64,000 bases of DNA from Elusimicrobiota bacterium (lineage in GTDB: Bacteria > Elusimicrobiota > Elusimicrobia > F11): positions 448,001-512,000 of the forward strand of contig JBGAON010000001.1 of the NCBI GenBank assembly GCA_044221725.1. Direction: 5' to 3'. This document shows positions 9,165 to 18,808 of the stretch, piece after piece. How positions within the stretch are numbered: position 1 is the stretch's first letter; each line of letters starts with the position of its first letter. A program made the translations under genes and the position numbers. The notes beneath the pieces are model-generated. The model saw only the letters and a list, made by a program, of their open reading frames with translations, had not been told where the DNA came from and made no database searches.

Positions 9165-9938
9165 GTGAAACGTTCGTTTCTTTCTTCGCAAAGCGTGGTT
9201 CTTTCGGATCGGCCGCTTGTCGTCGGTACGTTGACCAGCGCGTTGCCTGTTTCCTCGCAATTAAAAACAGCAAAATCGGCCGACGTTGATCTCATCGAAC
9301 TGCGTCTGGACGGGTTTCTAAAAAAGCAAGGACCGTTCCAGCGCATTCAAGATTCCGCGCGGAACATTCTTCGCGAAATAAAAACGAACACGCGATTTCC
9401 AATTCTTCTCACGCTGCGGGCCGCCGACGAATCCGGCGTGCCAAAAAAATCCGCGATGAACGATGCGAAGCGCGCCGAAATTCTTGCGCGGCTTCTGCCG
9501 GCGGTCCAAATGGTCGATGTGGAAATATCGCACGCCGAATTCGCGCGCCGTATGACGGTCATCGCCCACATCCACAACGTTGATGTGATCCATTCGGCTC
9601 ACGATTTCTCCGGCCGCTTGCCGCTCGATCGTTTTTCGAAATTTTCGAAACAATCGATAAAATTTAAAGGCGACGTTTTCAAAGTGGCGGTGACACCGAA
9701 AACAAACGATGATCTCGAAAAATTTTTGTGGTGGGGGAAAGACCTTCGGAATCGGAACAAGGTCTTGATTGGCATGGGGCCCGTTGGGTTAATTTCGCGC
9801 GTTGTTGCGTTCAGTTTCGGTTCGATCCTGACCTATGGCCATTTGGGTCGCTCCGCCGCGCCGGGTCAAATGCCGGTTAATGATCTCGTGAAATCAATTA
9901 GGAATTCGTATCCCCCTCTCCCTTTAGGGAGAGGGTAG
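9165..9938 (+). CDS. aroD: Type I 3-dehydroquinate dehydratase
   Basis: DLIELRLD, LLTLR..ESG, SAHDF, FKVAV, IGMG..G.ISR, APGQ motifs. Confidence 0.9.
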   Translation: MKRSFLSSQSVVLSDRPLVVGTLTSALPVSSQLKTAKSADVDLIELRLDGFLKKQGPFQRIQDSARNILREIKTNTRFPILLTLRAADESGVPKKSAMNDAKRAEILARLLPAVQMVDVEISHAEFARRMTVIAHIHNVDVIHSAHDFSGRLPLDRFSKFSKQSIKFKGDVFKVAVTPKTNDDLEKFLWWGKDLRNRNKVLIGMGPVGLISRVVAFSFGSILTYGHLGRSAAPGQMPVNDLVKSIRNSYPPLPLGRG

Positions 9939-9982
9939 CGTGAGGGAAGTCACGCGGGTAGCCCGTCCCCTAACCCCTTCCC
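9912..9982. repeat. Palindromic element, CCCTCTCCC family, forming the aroD/exonuclease junction
   Basis: CCTCTCCCTTTAGGGAGAGG is identical to the copy in ispE (35080-35099). Confidence 0.75.
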
Positions 9983-10581
9983 AGCTTGATTATGTTGTCG
10001 TCGACACCGAGACGACCGGTGGAAGTGCGCCGCACAACCGCATCATCGATATTGCTGCCTACCATGTTTCCGATGGCATTATCCTCGGTAAGTATCAAAC
10101 GCTGATCAATCCCGGTCGCCCGATTCCTCCGTGGATTACCGCGCTGACCGGCATTGATGACGACATGGTCAAGCACGCGCCGCGTTTCGGGGATATTGCG
10201 GCTGAACTCCGTAATTTCTTGAACAAAGGTGTGTTTGTTGCGCACAACGCGGCTTTTGATTATCGGTTTATTCAATGCGAGTTTGCTCGGCTCGAGCAAG
10301 AGTGGGAACGTTCAAAGCTTTGCACGGTGCGGCTCGCCCGCAAACTGTATCCCGAGCTGCCGTCGCGCAGTCTCGGTAATCTGTGCGCGTACTTAATGAT
10401 CGATATCACGGATCGTCACCGCGCCGCGGGCGATGCGGAGGCGACCGTGTATGTTCTCAAGCATTTGCTTAAGAAGCTTGCTATGGAACATCAGCTTGAA
10501 ACATTCGGGCACGTTGAGAAATTTCTGAAAGCAACAAAAAAGAAGAAGTCGAAAGAAAGGTCGCTGCCCGCTCCTCTCTAA
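9940..10581 (+). CDS. DEDDh 3'-5' exonuclease (DNA polymerase III epsilon-like)
   Basis: VVDTETTG, VAHNAAFD, HRAAGDA motifs. Confidence 0.9.
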   Translation: MREVTRVARPLTPSQLDYVVVDTETTGGSAPHNRIIDIAAYHVSDGIILGKYQTLINPGRPIPPWITALTGIDDDMVKHAPRFGDIAAELRNFLNKGVFVAHNAAFDYRFIQCEFARLEQEWERSKLCTVRLARKLYPELPSRSLGNLCAYLMIDITDRHRAAGDAEATVYVLKHLLKKLAMEHQLETFGHVEKFLKATKKKKSKERSLPAPL

Positions 10582-10601
10582 AAGGCGGATGAGGCCAATT
10601 A

Positions 10602-10723
10602 ATACCCCACCCTACCCTCCCCACTGAAACGACGTGGGGAGTCCTCCTCAAGATATAAGGCGTTCAGCGCCAGTTGGTGCTTCCTCCCCATGTCTCGTCA
10701 ATGGGGAGGGTAGGGTGGGGTAT
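10602..10723. repeat. 122-bp palindromic MITE/RPE-like element
   Basis: Terminal IR ATACCCCACCCTACCCTCCCCA / TGGGGAGGGTAGGGTGGGGTAT with two internal hairpins; second copy at 56411-56535. Confidence 0.85.
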
Positions 10724-10883
10724 AAAATCCCTTTCCATATATACGGTTGTATTGCCAAAGATCGTGAGCGTGGTGTCGGTGAACACGCGCTGCGCCGTTT
10801 GCGCGTAAGGATCGGTGAAGAGCAATGGAAAGCATTGCTGCGCCGGATTGAGAAACATCAATTTGTAAGGAATGCGAGCGAAA

Positions 10884-11145
10884 ATGAAAGCGTCTGAGGT
10901 GAAATCTTTTTTCGAAAGGGTGGACCAGGAAATAGATTTTCCGATGGACGTGTTGCTAATGGGCGGTGCGGCTGGCATTGCCATAGGCGCTCGGAAAGAG
11001 CCCGATCTCCCAAGCGCAACCAATATTTAAGCGACACGTCGAAGAGTTCTTTCGAAAAAACGCTCAAGTGCTCTGGGGAAAAAATACGCATCCGGAAAAA
11101 CTTATCGAGATTTTCTTGAGCAAAGCTCGAAAATACCGTTCGTGA
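10884..11145 (+). pseudogene. Remnant of a nucleotidyltransferase-like (DUF6036-like) gene, internally deleted and frameshifted
   Basis: MKASEVKSFFERVDQEIDFPMDVLLMGGAAG... stops at 11030; another frame continues ...IFKRHVEEFFRKNAQVLWG...RS* to 11145. Confidence 0.4.
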
Positions 11146-11148
11146 GAG

Positions 11149-11946
11149 TTACCACTCCAATTTCGTAAGCAGTCCTTTGTTGAGCGCGATCTTCATAACG
11201 CGATTAAAAATAAGAGCGCCCGCCGTCAGATAGACTCCGTTTAACACCAGCGAATAAACGAACGCGCGCCACGGATAAGTGTGGTTCGCGAGCACGGCGC
11301 GCATGCCTTCGAAAATCCAGGTGGCCGGGAAACATTTCGCGAGCGGTTGGGCCCACGTGGGCAGTGCCGACACCGGATAGAACACGCAGGCGAACGGTTG
11401 CAGCACGAAGACAATGATCCACGAGAGCGCTACAAGCCCACGTCCGAAATAAATGATCAGCGCGTTGACCACGAGTCCGATGGCCCATCCGGTCAGCAAC
11501 AGGCCCAGAGCGAAAGGAACAATCGAGAGGCCGAGCACGAGCACGTTAAAGTGGAAAAGGGCCGCGAGCAGAAAGCCCATGAGCGCTAGCTCAATAACGA
11601 GTTTCAGCATTCCGAACACAATGGACGCGGAGAAATACTCGGCCATTGTCACCGGCGTCATCAGTATGTTTTGAAGATTGCGGCTCCACGCTTCTTCCAT
11701 GAAGCTGAACGTGATTTCGTGTTGGCCGCGCCGCAGCACCGCAAACAAAACGACTCCACCTAAAAAGAACGACATGAGCGGAGCCATTTCGGCGCGCGCT
11801 GTGGAAAAGTAATGCGTGATGAAACCCCAGATTAGCACGTCCACCACCGGTTGCCAGAAAGTGTCGAAAAAATACTCGGGGTTGCGCGCCCACAGATAAA
11901 AATGCCGACGGAACACGCCGCGCATGCGTTGCAGTGAAGCGAACAT
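11149..11946 (-). CDS. ABC-2 type transporter permease
   Basis: Six hydrophobic segments, EEAWSRNLQNILMTP, FYPVSALP motifs; likely start MFASLQR, coupled to the ATPase stop. Confidence 0.85.
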   Translation of the reverse strand: MFASLQRMRGVFRRHFYLWARNPEYFFDTFWQPVVDVLIWGFITHYFSTARAEMAPLMSFFLGGVVLFAVLRRGQHEITFSFMEEAWSRNLQNILMTPVTMAEYFSASIVFGMLKLVIELALMGFLLAALFHFNVLVLGLSIVPFALGLLLTGWAIGLVVNALIIYFGRGLVALSWIIVFVLQPFACVFYPVSALPTWAQPLAKCFPATWIFEGMRAVLANHTYPWRAFVYSLVLNGVYLTAGALIFNRVMKIALNKGLLTKLEW

Positions 11947-12815
11947 TATTCGTCTCCGCTGGTTTGTCGCGCCGAACGCACAAAGAATTCTTCGAGTGTG
12001 GGTTCGTGCACCGATAGGGATTCGATGTCTGTGCCCGATCGGACAAGTTTTGTTACGTGCGGGCCCACGTCGTTCGAATCCATTTCGGAGGAAATTCCAT
12101 TGATTGTCACGCGCCATCGTCGCGCGCGCTGCGCCAATTCTTTTGGAGTTCCCTCGGCCTGAATCTTACCGTCGTTCAAAAACAAAACACGCGAACACAC
12201 CTTTTCCACTTCGAGCATGTTGTGCGACGTTAAAAATACGGTGGTGCCTTCTTCGCGCACGACGTTCAATAAAAATTCGCGCACGCGGTCCGCCACGTCG
12301 GGATCGAGCGATGCCGTCGGTTCATCCAAAAGCAGAAGTTTCGGTTGATTTAAAAATGCTTTGGCGAGAGCGACGCGGACTTGCTGACCGGTGGACAGCG
12401 AATACAACGATCTATTTTGGAGTTCGTTAAGATCAAATTTGCGCAGCAGCGCCTCAATACGGTCGGTCGGACGGGGAATTCCGTACATGTCGGCAAACAC
12501 GCGTAGATTTTCCGCCACCGTCAATTTGCCGGGCAGCGTCAATGATCCGCTGGAGGCGTTCATTTGGCTCAAGATTTTCACGCGGGTATGCTTATAATTG
12601 TGGCCGAACAAGGTGAGTTCTCCGCTCGTCGGGTTCAAAATGTTCATGAGCATTCGGATCGTCGTTGTTTTGCCGGCTCCATTCGGGCCCAGAAAACCCA
12701 CAATTTCGCCGGGCCAGATATCGAAGTCGATACGATCAACAGCGGTTTGGGAATCGAATTTTTTTGTGAGCGCGCGGGCGCGAACAAGAGGTGTTTGTGT
12801 TTCGTATCGTGTCAT
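11946..12815 (-). CDS. ABC transporter ATP-binding protein
   Basis: Walker A GPNGAGKT, LSTGQ signature, LLLDEPT, TSH. Confidence 0.92.
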   Translation of the reverse strand: MTRYETQTPLVRARALTKKFDSQTAVDRIDFDIWPGEIVGFLGPNGAGKTTTIRMLMNILNPTSGELTLFGHNYKHTRVKILSQMNASSGSLTLPGKLTVAENLRVFADMYGIPRPTDRIEALLRKFDLNELQNRSLYSLSTGQQVRVALAKAFLNQPKLLLLDEPTASLDPDVADRVREFLLNVVREEGTTVFLTSHNMLEVEKVCSRVLFLNDGKIQAEGTPKELAQRARRWRVTINGISSEMDSNDVGPHVTKLVRSGTDIESLSVHEPTLEEFFVRSARQTSGDE

Positions 12816-12892
12816 AACGTCGGATAAGTTACAATTTTCGTAATTTTTAGAATGAAAGCGTCCCACAATTTATCGAACGAGGAGTTCTGCGA

Positions 12893-13729
12893 ATGAAGAA
12901 AATGACGTTAATGATGGCAATGCTGTTGAGCGTATGGATGCCGGTTCACGCTTTTGACCCCGATGCGTTGGCGCTTCATTTGCGCAAAGCGCTCAGTTTG
13001 GACACGCGAACCGATATAAAAATTACCGGAACACCTCAGCCCTCGGGGATCGGCGACATGCTCGTCGTGAACGCCGTGGTGGGCGGCCAGCCGTATCCGG
13101 TTTATCTCACTCCCGATCAGAAAAAATACATTTGGGGTTTTGTCGTGGACGCCACCGTGGATCCCGACGAAGCGCACGTGAAAGGAATCGGACTCAAAAA
13201 CGTGCACGCGATGGGTTTGGCGTCGGCACCGATTACAATCGTGGAATATTCGGATTTGCAGTGCTCGCACTGCAAATTTGCGCACGAAACCATCAAGAAG
13301 GAACTTTATAAAACCTTTACAGAGGCGCAGGTTCGATTCGTTTCAAAATACTTTCCCTTGAACGGGCACGATTGGGCGGAGTCGGCCGCGGTCGCTGTGG
13401 AATGCGCGTCAAAGCAAAAAGAATCCAACTACTGGGACATGGTTAATTATTTCTTCGCAAACCAAGAAAAAATCACAAAAGAGACTGTTTCGCAGAAAAT
13501 CGATGAGGTCGCGGCGCAGCTGAAACTTAATTCGGCCAATCTTAAAGCGTGCATGAACGCCGGGCCGGCGCTCGAGCGTGTTCGTGCCGATAAGAAAGAA
13601 GGGATGGCCGTTGGCGTTAATTCAACGCCGGCTTTCTTCATTAACGGCCGGGCCCGGCGCGGATTTGGAAACTTCGACGATATTAAAGTGGTGGTTCAAG
13701 AAAAAATGCAGGCTTTGAAAAATAAATGA
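12893..13729 (+). CDS. DsbA/thioredoxin-fold exported protein
   Basis: Signal peptide, EYSDLQCSHC, GVNSTPAFFING. Confidence 0.88.
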   Translation: MKKMTLMMAMLLSVWMPVHAFDPDALALHLRKALSLDTRTDIKITGTPQPSGIGDMLVVNAVVGGQPYPVYLTPDQKKYIWGFVVDATVDPDEAHVKGIGLKNVHAMGLASAPITIVEYSDLQCSHCKFAHETIKKELYKTFTEAQVRFVSKYFPLNGHDWAESAAVAVECASKQKESNYWDMVNYFFANQEKITKETVSQKIDEVAAQLKLNSANLKACMNAGPALERVRADKKEGMAVGVNSTPAFFINGRARRGFGNFDDIKVVVQEKMQALKNK

Positions 13730-14982
13730 CGACGCCGCTGCCCGCGTTAAAAGCGGCCATCGAAGCCATTCAGATCGAACACGAAGGAAAACCGATGGTC
13801 GTTCTGCGCGATCAAGAAAGTCTTAATTTGCATCCCATCGCCGTTTCCCTGCCGGGTTTTCTCGTTGCGATGTTGTTGAACGGAGAAAATTCCGTGTCCG
13901 ATGTTCAGGCGGCTTTCTCGAAAAACACCGGCCAATTGATTCAGCCGGCCGAAATTGAATCGATGGTGGCACAGCTCGACAAAGCGTTTCTCTTAGAGAC
14001 GCCAGCGCTACGCGAAAAACGCAAAGAGGTGTTGACTGGGTTTTTAAACAACCCGGTTCGACCAATGACGCATGTGAAAGGCGTGTATCCGGATAACACG
14101 CTCGAACTCGCCACGATGCTCGGGAAATATTTTCAAGATCCGAAAGGTCCGGGCAAACAAATGGCGTCGAATTCGACGCGGCAAACGCCGCTCGCGCTGT
14201 TCGCGCCCCACATTGATTTTGCGCGCGGCGGGCCCGGCTATGCGTGGGCGTATCAGGCGCTCAGCGAGTGTGAACCGCCCGACCTCATTGTCGCACTGGG
14301 GGTCGCGCACATGTCGCCCAATTCTCCATGGGTGCTGACCAAAAAAAATTACGAAACGCCGTACGGCCCGGTCGCGCTCAGCGAAGAACTTTTCAACGAT
14401 TTTAAAGATTCGCTGTGGTACGACGTCACGGTCGACCAATGGACGCATCGTACCGAGCATTCGCTTGAATTTCAGGCGCTGTGGCTCAAATATTTGTGGC
14501 GCGACAAAACGCCGTCGTGGCTTCCGGTGTTGTGTTCGTCGTTCGATCGCTTTTGTTCCGATCGTGCTCCGTCAAGCATTGAGACGATGGAACACGGTAT
14601 TTTGAAGATTGCCGAGAAACTAAAAGCGCGGCAGAAGGCGGGTCAAAAAATAATGCTGCTCGCTGGGGTCGATTTGTCGCACGTGGGCCCGCGTTTTGGC
14701 GACGAAGAAAAACTGGGACCAGAACTCGAGAAAAAAGTTGAGCAGGCGGATCTAAAATCACTCGATCTCGCTCTGCAGGGGAAACCCGACGAGTTTTATC
14801 TTTCGGTCGTCGAAAACGGGCATTGGCGAAAATGGTGTGGACTGTCGGCGATATACACGACGTTGCGACTCGCCAAAGAACTTTCCGATAAGCCGCTCAG
14901 CGGGCGGCGGCTTGCCTACCAGCAGTCGCCGGATCCTATGGGTGGATTGGTTTCGTATACGAGCGTCATTTTCGACCGCTGA
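13726..14982 (+). CDS. MEMO1-family (AmmeMemoRadiSam system protein B) protein with an N-terminal extension
   Basis: APHID, LGVAH, EHSLEFQ, VDLSHVGPRFGD, CG motifs. Confidence 0.85.
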   Translation: MTTPLPALKAAIEAIQIEHEGKPMVVLRDQESLNLHPIAVSLPGFLVAMLLNGENSVSDVQAAFSKNTGQLIQPAEIESMVAQLDKAFLLETPALREKRKEVLTGFLNNPVRPMTHVKGVYPDNTLELATMLGKYFQDPKGPGKQMASNSTRQTPLALFAPHIDFARGGPGYAWAYQALSECEPPDLIVALGVAHMSPNSPWVLTKKNYETPYGPVALSEELFNDFKDSLWYDVTVDQWTHRTEHSLEFQALWLKYLWRDKTPSWLPVLCSSFDRFCSDRAPSSIETMEHGILKIAEKLKARQKAGQKIMLLAGVDLSHVGPRFGDEEKLGPELEKKVEQADLKSLDLALQGKPDEFYLSVVENGHWRKWCGLSAIYTTLRLAKELSDKPLSGRRLAYQQSPDPMGGLVSYTSVIFDR

Positions 14983-15839
14983 TGGAAACGCGAACGAACA
15001 CATCGTTGTTCCGTCAAGCCATTCAGTCGTGGCACAAAAATCGGCCGATCATGACGGCGGCCAGTCTTTCCTACTTCACGTTGTTTTCGCTTATTCCCAC
15101 GATGGTCATTGTTCTTAAGCTTGTAGGGGAAGTGTTTGAAACGATGGTTGCGAAAACAAAATTGCTCGAGGATATTGCGAGTTGGTTCAATCCGCAGGTG
15201 GCCACCACCGTTCAAACGCTTTTGTTTGCAGCCGAGAAGGCGTCTGCGAAAGCAACCACATTTACGCTGCTCCTATTATTATGGTCGGCGATACGGATGT
15301 TTACGCAGATTCAGGATGCACTGAACGTGATATGGAAAGCCAATTTGCCCAAGGGGCCGCGGCGCTGGCTTTGGAGTCGTTTTCGTGCTGTTTTGATGAT
15401 TGCGGTCTTCAGTATCGTTGTGTTTGCGTTCCTCGCGCTGGATATCACGTTCGCACTTTTAAAAAAGCAATTGGTAATTTTTTTCCCGGCGGTAATTATT
15501 AAGGGCGTGATTCCGATAACCGGATCGATTCTTGCGTTTGGATTATTTACCGTGTTGTTCGCGATGCTGTTCAAGCTGCTGCCCGACAAGCGCATACCAT
15601 GGAAAAATGTGTGGGTGGGCGCGATGGGAAGCTCCTTGTTGTTTGGGTTCGCACGATATGTTCTCACGTTTTATTTCTTGCACAGCCCCATCGTTTCGTT
15701 GTACGGGGCCGCGGGTTCGGTGATTGTGCTTTTAATTTGGATCTATTTTTCGATGCAGATATTTTTGCTTGGCGCTGAATTTACACACGCTTATGCCGAG
15801 ATCAGTATGTCGCGCCGACGTGGAGAGCCGCTGATTTAG
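14982..15839 (+). CDS. YihY/virulence factor BrkB family membrane protein
   Basis: AASLSYFTLFSLIP, ALNVIW, YGAAGSVIVLLIWIYFS..IFLLGAE. Confidence 0.9.
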   Translation: METRTNTSLFRQAIQSWHKNRPIMTAASLSYFTLFSLIPTMVIVLKLVGEVFETMVAKTKLLEDIASWFNPQVATTVQTLLFAAEKASAKATTFTLLLLLWSAIRMFTQIQDALNVIWKANLPKGPRRWLWSRFRAVLMIAVFSIVVFAFLALDITFALLKKQLVIFFPAVIIKGVIPITGSILAFGLFTVLFAMLFKLLPDKRIPWKNVWVGAMGSSLLFGFARYVLTFYFLHSPIVSLYGAAGSVIVLLIWIYFSMQIFLLGAEFTHAYAEISMSRRRGEPLI

Positions 15840-17860
15840 GCCGACGCCGTTGCCATTTCGATGGAAGCGGATTGCGTCTGCGGGAGGCGAATAAAAAAAG
15901 TCGCTCCCTTGTCCACCTCTGATTCCACCCAAATCTTACCGTGGTGTTTTTCGACAATCCTTTTGCAGATGGCCAGCCCAAGACCGGCGCCCGGAACTTG
16001 GCTTTGGGAGTGAAGGCGTTGAAACACTTGAAAAATCCGATCGCTGAATTCCTTAGCGATACCGATTCCGTTGTCTTTCACGCTGAGCACGACACAGCCG
16101 TCTTTTTCTTGGCTTGCGATATGAATTCGGGGCGGCTTGTTGCCGTTGTATTTCAGTGCGTTCACCAATAAATTTTGTAGCAATTGATTCATCTGAAGCC
16201 GGTTTGCCTGAATGGTGGGCAACGTATCGTGCGTGACCACAGCCAATTTTTCCTGAATCAGCGGTTCCAAATCCTGAAGAACTTGCGCAACGATCTGATT
16301 CAAATTCAGATTTTCGTATTCGAATTTGTGCTTTTTTAGTCCCGAGTAAACCAAAAGACCATCGACGAGCGTTCTCATTCGGTCCACGCCGTTCATAATG
16401 GCGCGCAAAAACCGATCGCCTTCTTGATCCAGTTTCCCTGCGTATTTCGAATGCAGCATTTCGCTGTAGATCGAAACCGTGCGCAATGGTTCCTTTAAAT
16501 CGTGAGAGCTTGCGTAGGCGAATTGTTCGAGCTCTTTGTTCGATTCCCAGAGCGCGGCCGCTTGTTCCGTTAGTTTGTGTTCGACATTTTTGCGCTGCGT
16601 AATGTCTGCTCCCATGCCGATCACGCGTTGAGCCATCCCGTTCTTGTCTTTTACCACATGACCGCGCTTCACGATCCAATGCGTGCTACCGTTGGGCCAA
16701 ATCACGCGGAAGTCCACTTCGTGATCCACGCCGCGCATTACCGCTTGCTCGATAACATGTTCGACATGCGCGCGATCTTCCGGATGAATAAGGTTTAAAA
16801 ACGCCTGGAAGGTTCCGCCAAACTCGTTCGGATTTAAACCAAATAACGCTTCGGCACCGCGGGACAAATAAAGGTAGCCGCTTCCGATTTCGTGATCCCA
16901 CATTCCCATGCGGCTCGTTTCCAACGCGAGATACAGTCGGTCCTTTTGATCTTGCAGCTCTTTTTCATTTAGTCGGCGTTCTTGTGTGCCACTCGCAATG
17001 ACAAGCGACATAATCGTGGTGACCGACACAAACGATTGCAAAAGAATGAACGACTTATTCCGGTCGGCTGACGAAAATGGCCCGAACCCAAAATAAGTGC
17101 CGTGAATCGCGAGCGCCAATAACAGCAGTGTTGCCAATGCGGAGCCGCGCGGACCAAAACGAAACGCGGCCCATAACAACGGAGGGATATACAGAAAAGC
17201 GAGAGGGTCGTTATTTATGCTTGATGGCGTCCATCCGCCAAAAATTAATTGGCCGACAACTAACGAGCCAGCCGCCACCAATGTTCCTTCAACAATGCGT
17301 TTGATATTCCACGGTGGTATGGAAACGTGGGACCACATTACAAGAAATGGCGTTAATACAATCATGCTCGCCAGATCGCCAAGCCACCAGGTCAGGAAAA
17401 AAAGTTTGAACTGAAAGACGTGCGCTGTTCCGGCAAGAGTTATTGAACTAACGCCAATAATCGCGCTGACAAACGACGCGAATGAGACAATAGAAAAGTA
17501 TTTGAAGATGTCCGGCGACTGATAGAAAACGCGGGATCCGTGGGCGTATTTTTTGATCAATGCATAGGCAATGAGGGCTTCAGCGGTGTTTCCAACGGCT
17601 ATAAATGGGGCAACGCCCGCGGATCCGGGCACCAACAAATTAACGGCAAGGGCTCCCAGAAAAATCGATGGGGTAACTTCGATGCCACCAAGCAGCAGCG
17701 CCGTCAGCGCAATTCCGCTCGGCGGCCAAACCGCTGTGGCATTGGAATTAAGGAACGCCAGCGACAGGCCCCATTTCCCGGACAACACATACAGCACGAA
17801 CGTAACAGCGTTGAACGCAAAAATTGGAAAAAGATTGCTCTGTTGACGGCGAAAACGCAT
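15836..17860 (-). CDS. MASE1-PAS sensor histidine kinase
   Basis: VWPPSGIA/WWLGD (MASE1), PAS IHPEDR, H-box FAYASSHDLKEPLR, N/G1/G2 boxes. Confidence 0.92.
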   Translation of the reverse strand: MRFRRQQSNLFPIFAFNAVTFVLYVLSGKWGLSLAFLNSNATAVWPPSGIALTALLLGGIEVTPSIFLGALAVNLLVPGSAGVAPFIAVGNTAEALIAYALIKKYAHGSRVFYQSPDIFKYFSIVSFASFVSAIIGVSSITLAGTAHVFQFKLFFLTWWLGDLASMIVLTPFLVMWSHVSIPPWNIKRIVEGTLVAAGSLVVGQLIFGGWTPSSINNDPLAFLYIPPLLWAAFRFGPRGSALATLLLLALAIHGTYFGFGPFSSADRNKSFILLQSFVSVTTIMSLVIASGTQERRLNEKELQDQKDRLYLALETSRMGMWDHEIGSGYLYLSRGAEALFGLNPNEFGGTFQAFLNLIHPEDRAHVEHVIEQAVMRGVDHEVDFRVIWPNGSTHWIVKRGHVVKDKNGMAQRVIGMGADITQRKNVEHKLTEQAAALWESNKELEQFAYASSHDLKEPLRTVSIYSEMLHSKYAGKLDQEGDRFLRAIMNGVDRMRTLVDGLLVYSGLKKHKFEYENLNLNQIVAQVLQDLEPLIQEKLAVVTHDTLPTIQANRLQMNQLLQNLLVNALKYNGNKPPRIHIASQEKDGCVVLSVKDNGIGIAKEFSDRIFQVFQRLHSQSQVPGAGLGLAICKRIVEKHHGKIWVESEVDKGATFFIRLPQTQSASIEMATASA

Positions 17861-17966
17861 GAGAAAAATATTTTATCGTTTCTTTGAAATTCGGGGAAAT
17901 TTTCTTTGCTGGCGGACCGGTCGCGTATTTCGACGGTGGGCGGAATTTGCTATAGCACGATTCCTC

Positions 17967-18050
17967 GGGTCGGTGGCAGAGCGGTCAAATGCACCAGACT
18001 GTAAATCTGGCGGGCTACGCCCTACGAAGGTTCGAATCCTTCCCGGCCCA
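17967..18050 (+). tRNA. tRNA-Tyr(GTA)
   Basis: Acceptor stem GGGTCGG/CCGGCCC, anticodon arm CCAGA-CTGTAAA-TCTGG, long variable arm, GGTTCGAATCC; CCA not encoded. Confidence 0.95.
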
Positions 18051-18180
18051 GCATCCTTAATTCTCATAATAAAAAGCTGTGGCAGTCCTCACGCGCCGTT
18101 GGCGTGAGTGCGGCCCAACCTTCCTCAAAATGTCCTCGGATTGTCACAAAATTGCCCTTAGAAACCCGTACGTTTTCTTC

Positions 18181-18636
18181 ATGGGTTATATCAGGCCAAC
18201 TCTTTTTTGCTTGCTGCTGGTCGCAGGGTTTCTTGAGGCCAACCAGTTCGTTGGCCAGCCAAAAATGGTTCTCACCAACAAAGTGAACGGTCTCGAACCG
18301 GTCGCCGAATTTTCGTGTTCCGAAAAGATCCATGGATATCTCACGTTGCCCGAAAAAGCCATTGGCTCGCACACATTGGAAGGGGTGTGGATTGCGCCTA
18401 GCGGAGCCGAACAGGAACATTCCACAAATCACCTTGATTTTGCGCCGCCGGGCCGACAAACTGCGTATGTTTGGCTTGAATTTCCGGATCTTTCGGGTGG
18501 TTCTCTTGGGGATTTTCGGGAACGCGATTCCGGCAGCCAAGAAAAAAATCAGTTCGCAGGATTGTGGCAGGTCAAAGTTTATTGGGATGGTCAGCCGCTG
18601 GTTGAATCAAAATTTCGAGTGAAGTGTTCCGGCTAG
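18181..18636 (+). CDS. Hypothetical exported protein, beta-rich / Ig-like
   Basis: Signal-like N-terminus; GLWQVKVYWDGQPL..F.V C-terminus. Confidence 0.6.
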   Translation: MGYIRPTLFCLLLVAGFLEANQFVGQPKMVLTNKVNGLEPVAEFSCSEKIHGYLTLPEKAIGSHTLEGVWIAPSGAEQEHSTNHLDFAPPGRQTAYVWLEFPDLSGGSLGDFRERDSGSQEKNQFAGLWQVKVYWDGQPLVESKFRVKCSG

Positions 18637-18649
18637 GAGGAGGTCAAAT

Positions 18650-18808
18650 ATGCAGAGAAAAGCCCGTTGGTTTTCCGGAGTCCTTTTGATGGCGTTGGTA
18701 GCAGCGGTAATGTCCGGCTGCAAGAAAAAGAAAGACGCTTCGTTGACGCAATCCGGAGGAGGCGTTTCTTCTCAGAGCGTCGTCACGCTCAAGGGAGCTG
18801 CGTCATGA
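18650..18808 (+). CDS. Small lipoprotein (52 aa), not in the ORF track
   Basis: GGAGGAGG RBS; MQRKARWFSGVLLMALVAAVMSG-CKKKKD...VVTLKGAAS; the stop overlaps the next ATG (ATGA). Confidence 0.75.
   Translation: MQRKARWFSGVLLMALVAAVMSGCKKKKDASLTQSGGGVSSQSVVTLKGAAS

Noticed and set aside
18667..18804. N-terminal extension of ORF 18667..19458 in the track
   Set aside because: This stretch is better explained by the small lipoprotein in another frame; the real start is ATG 18805.
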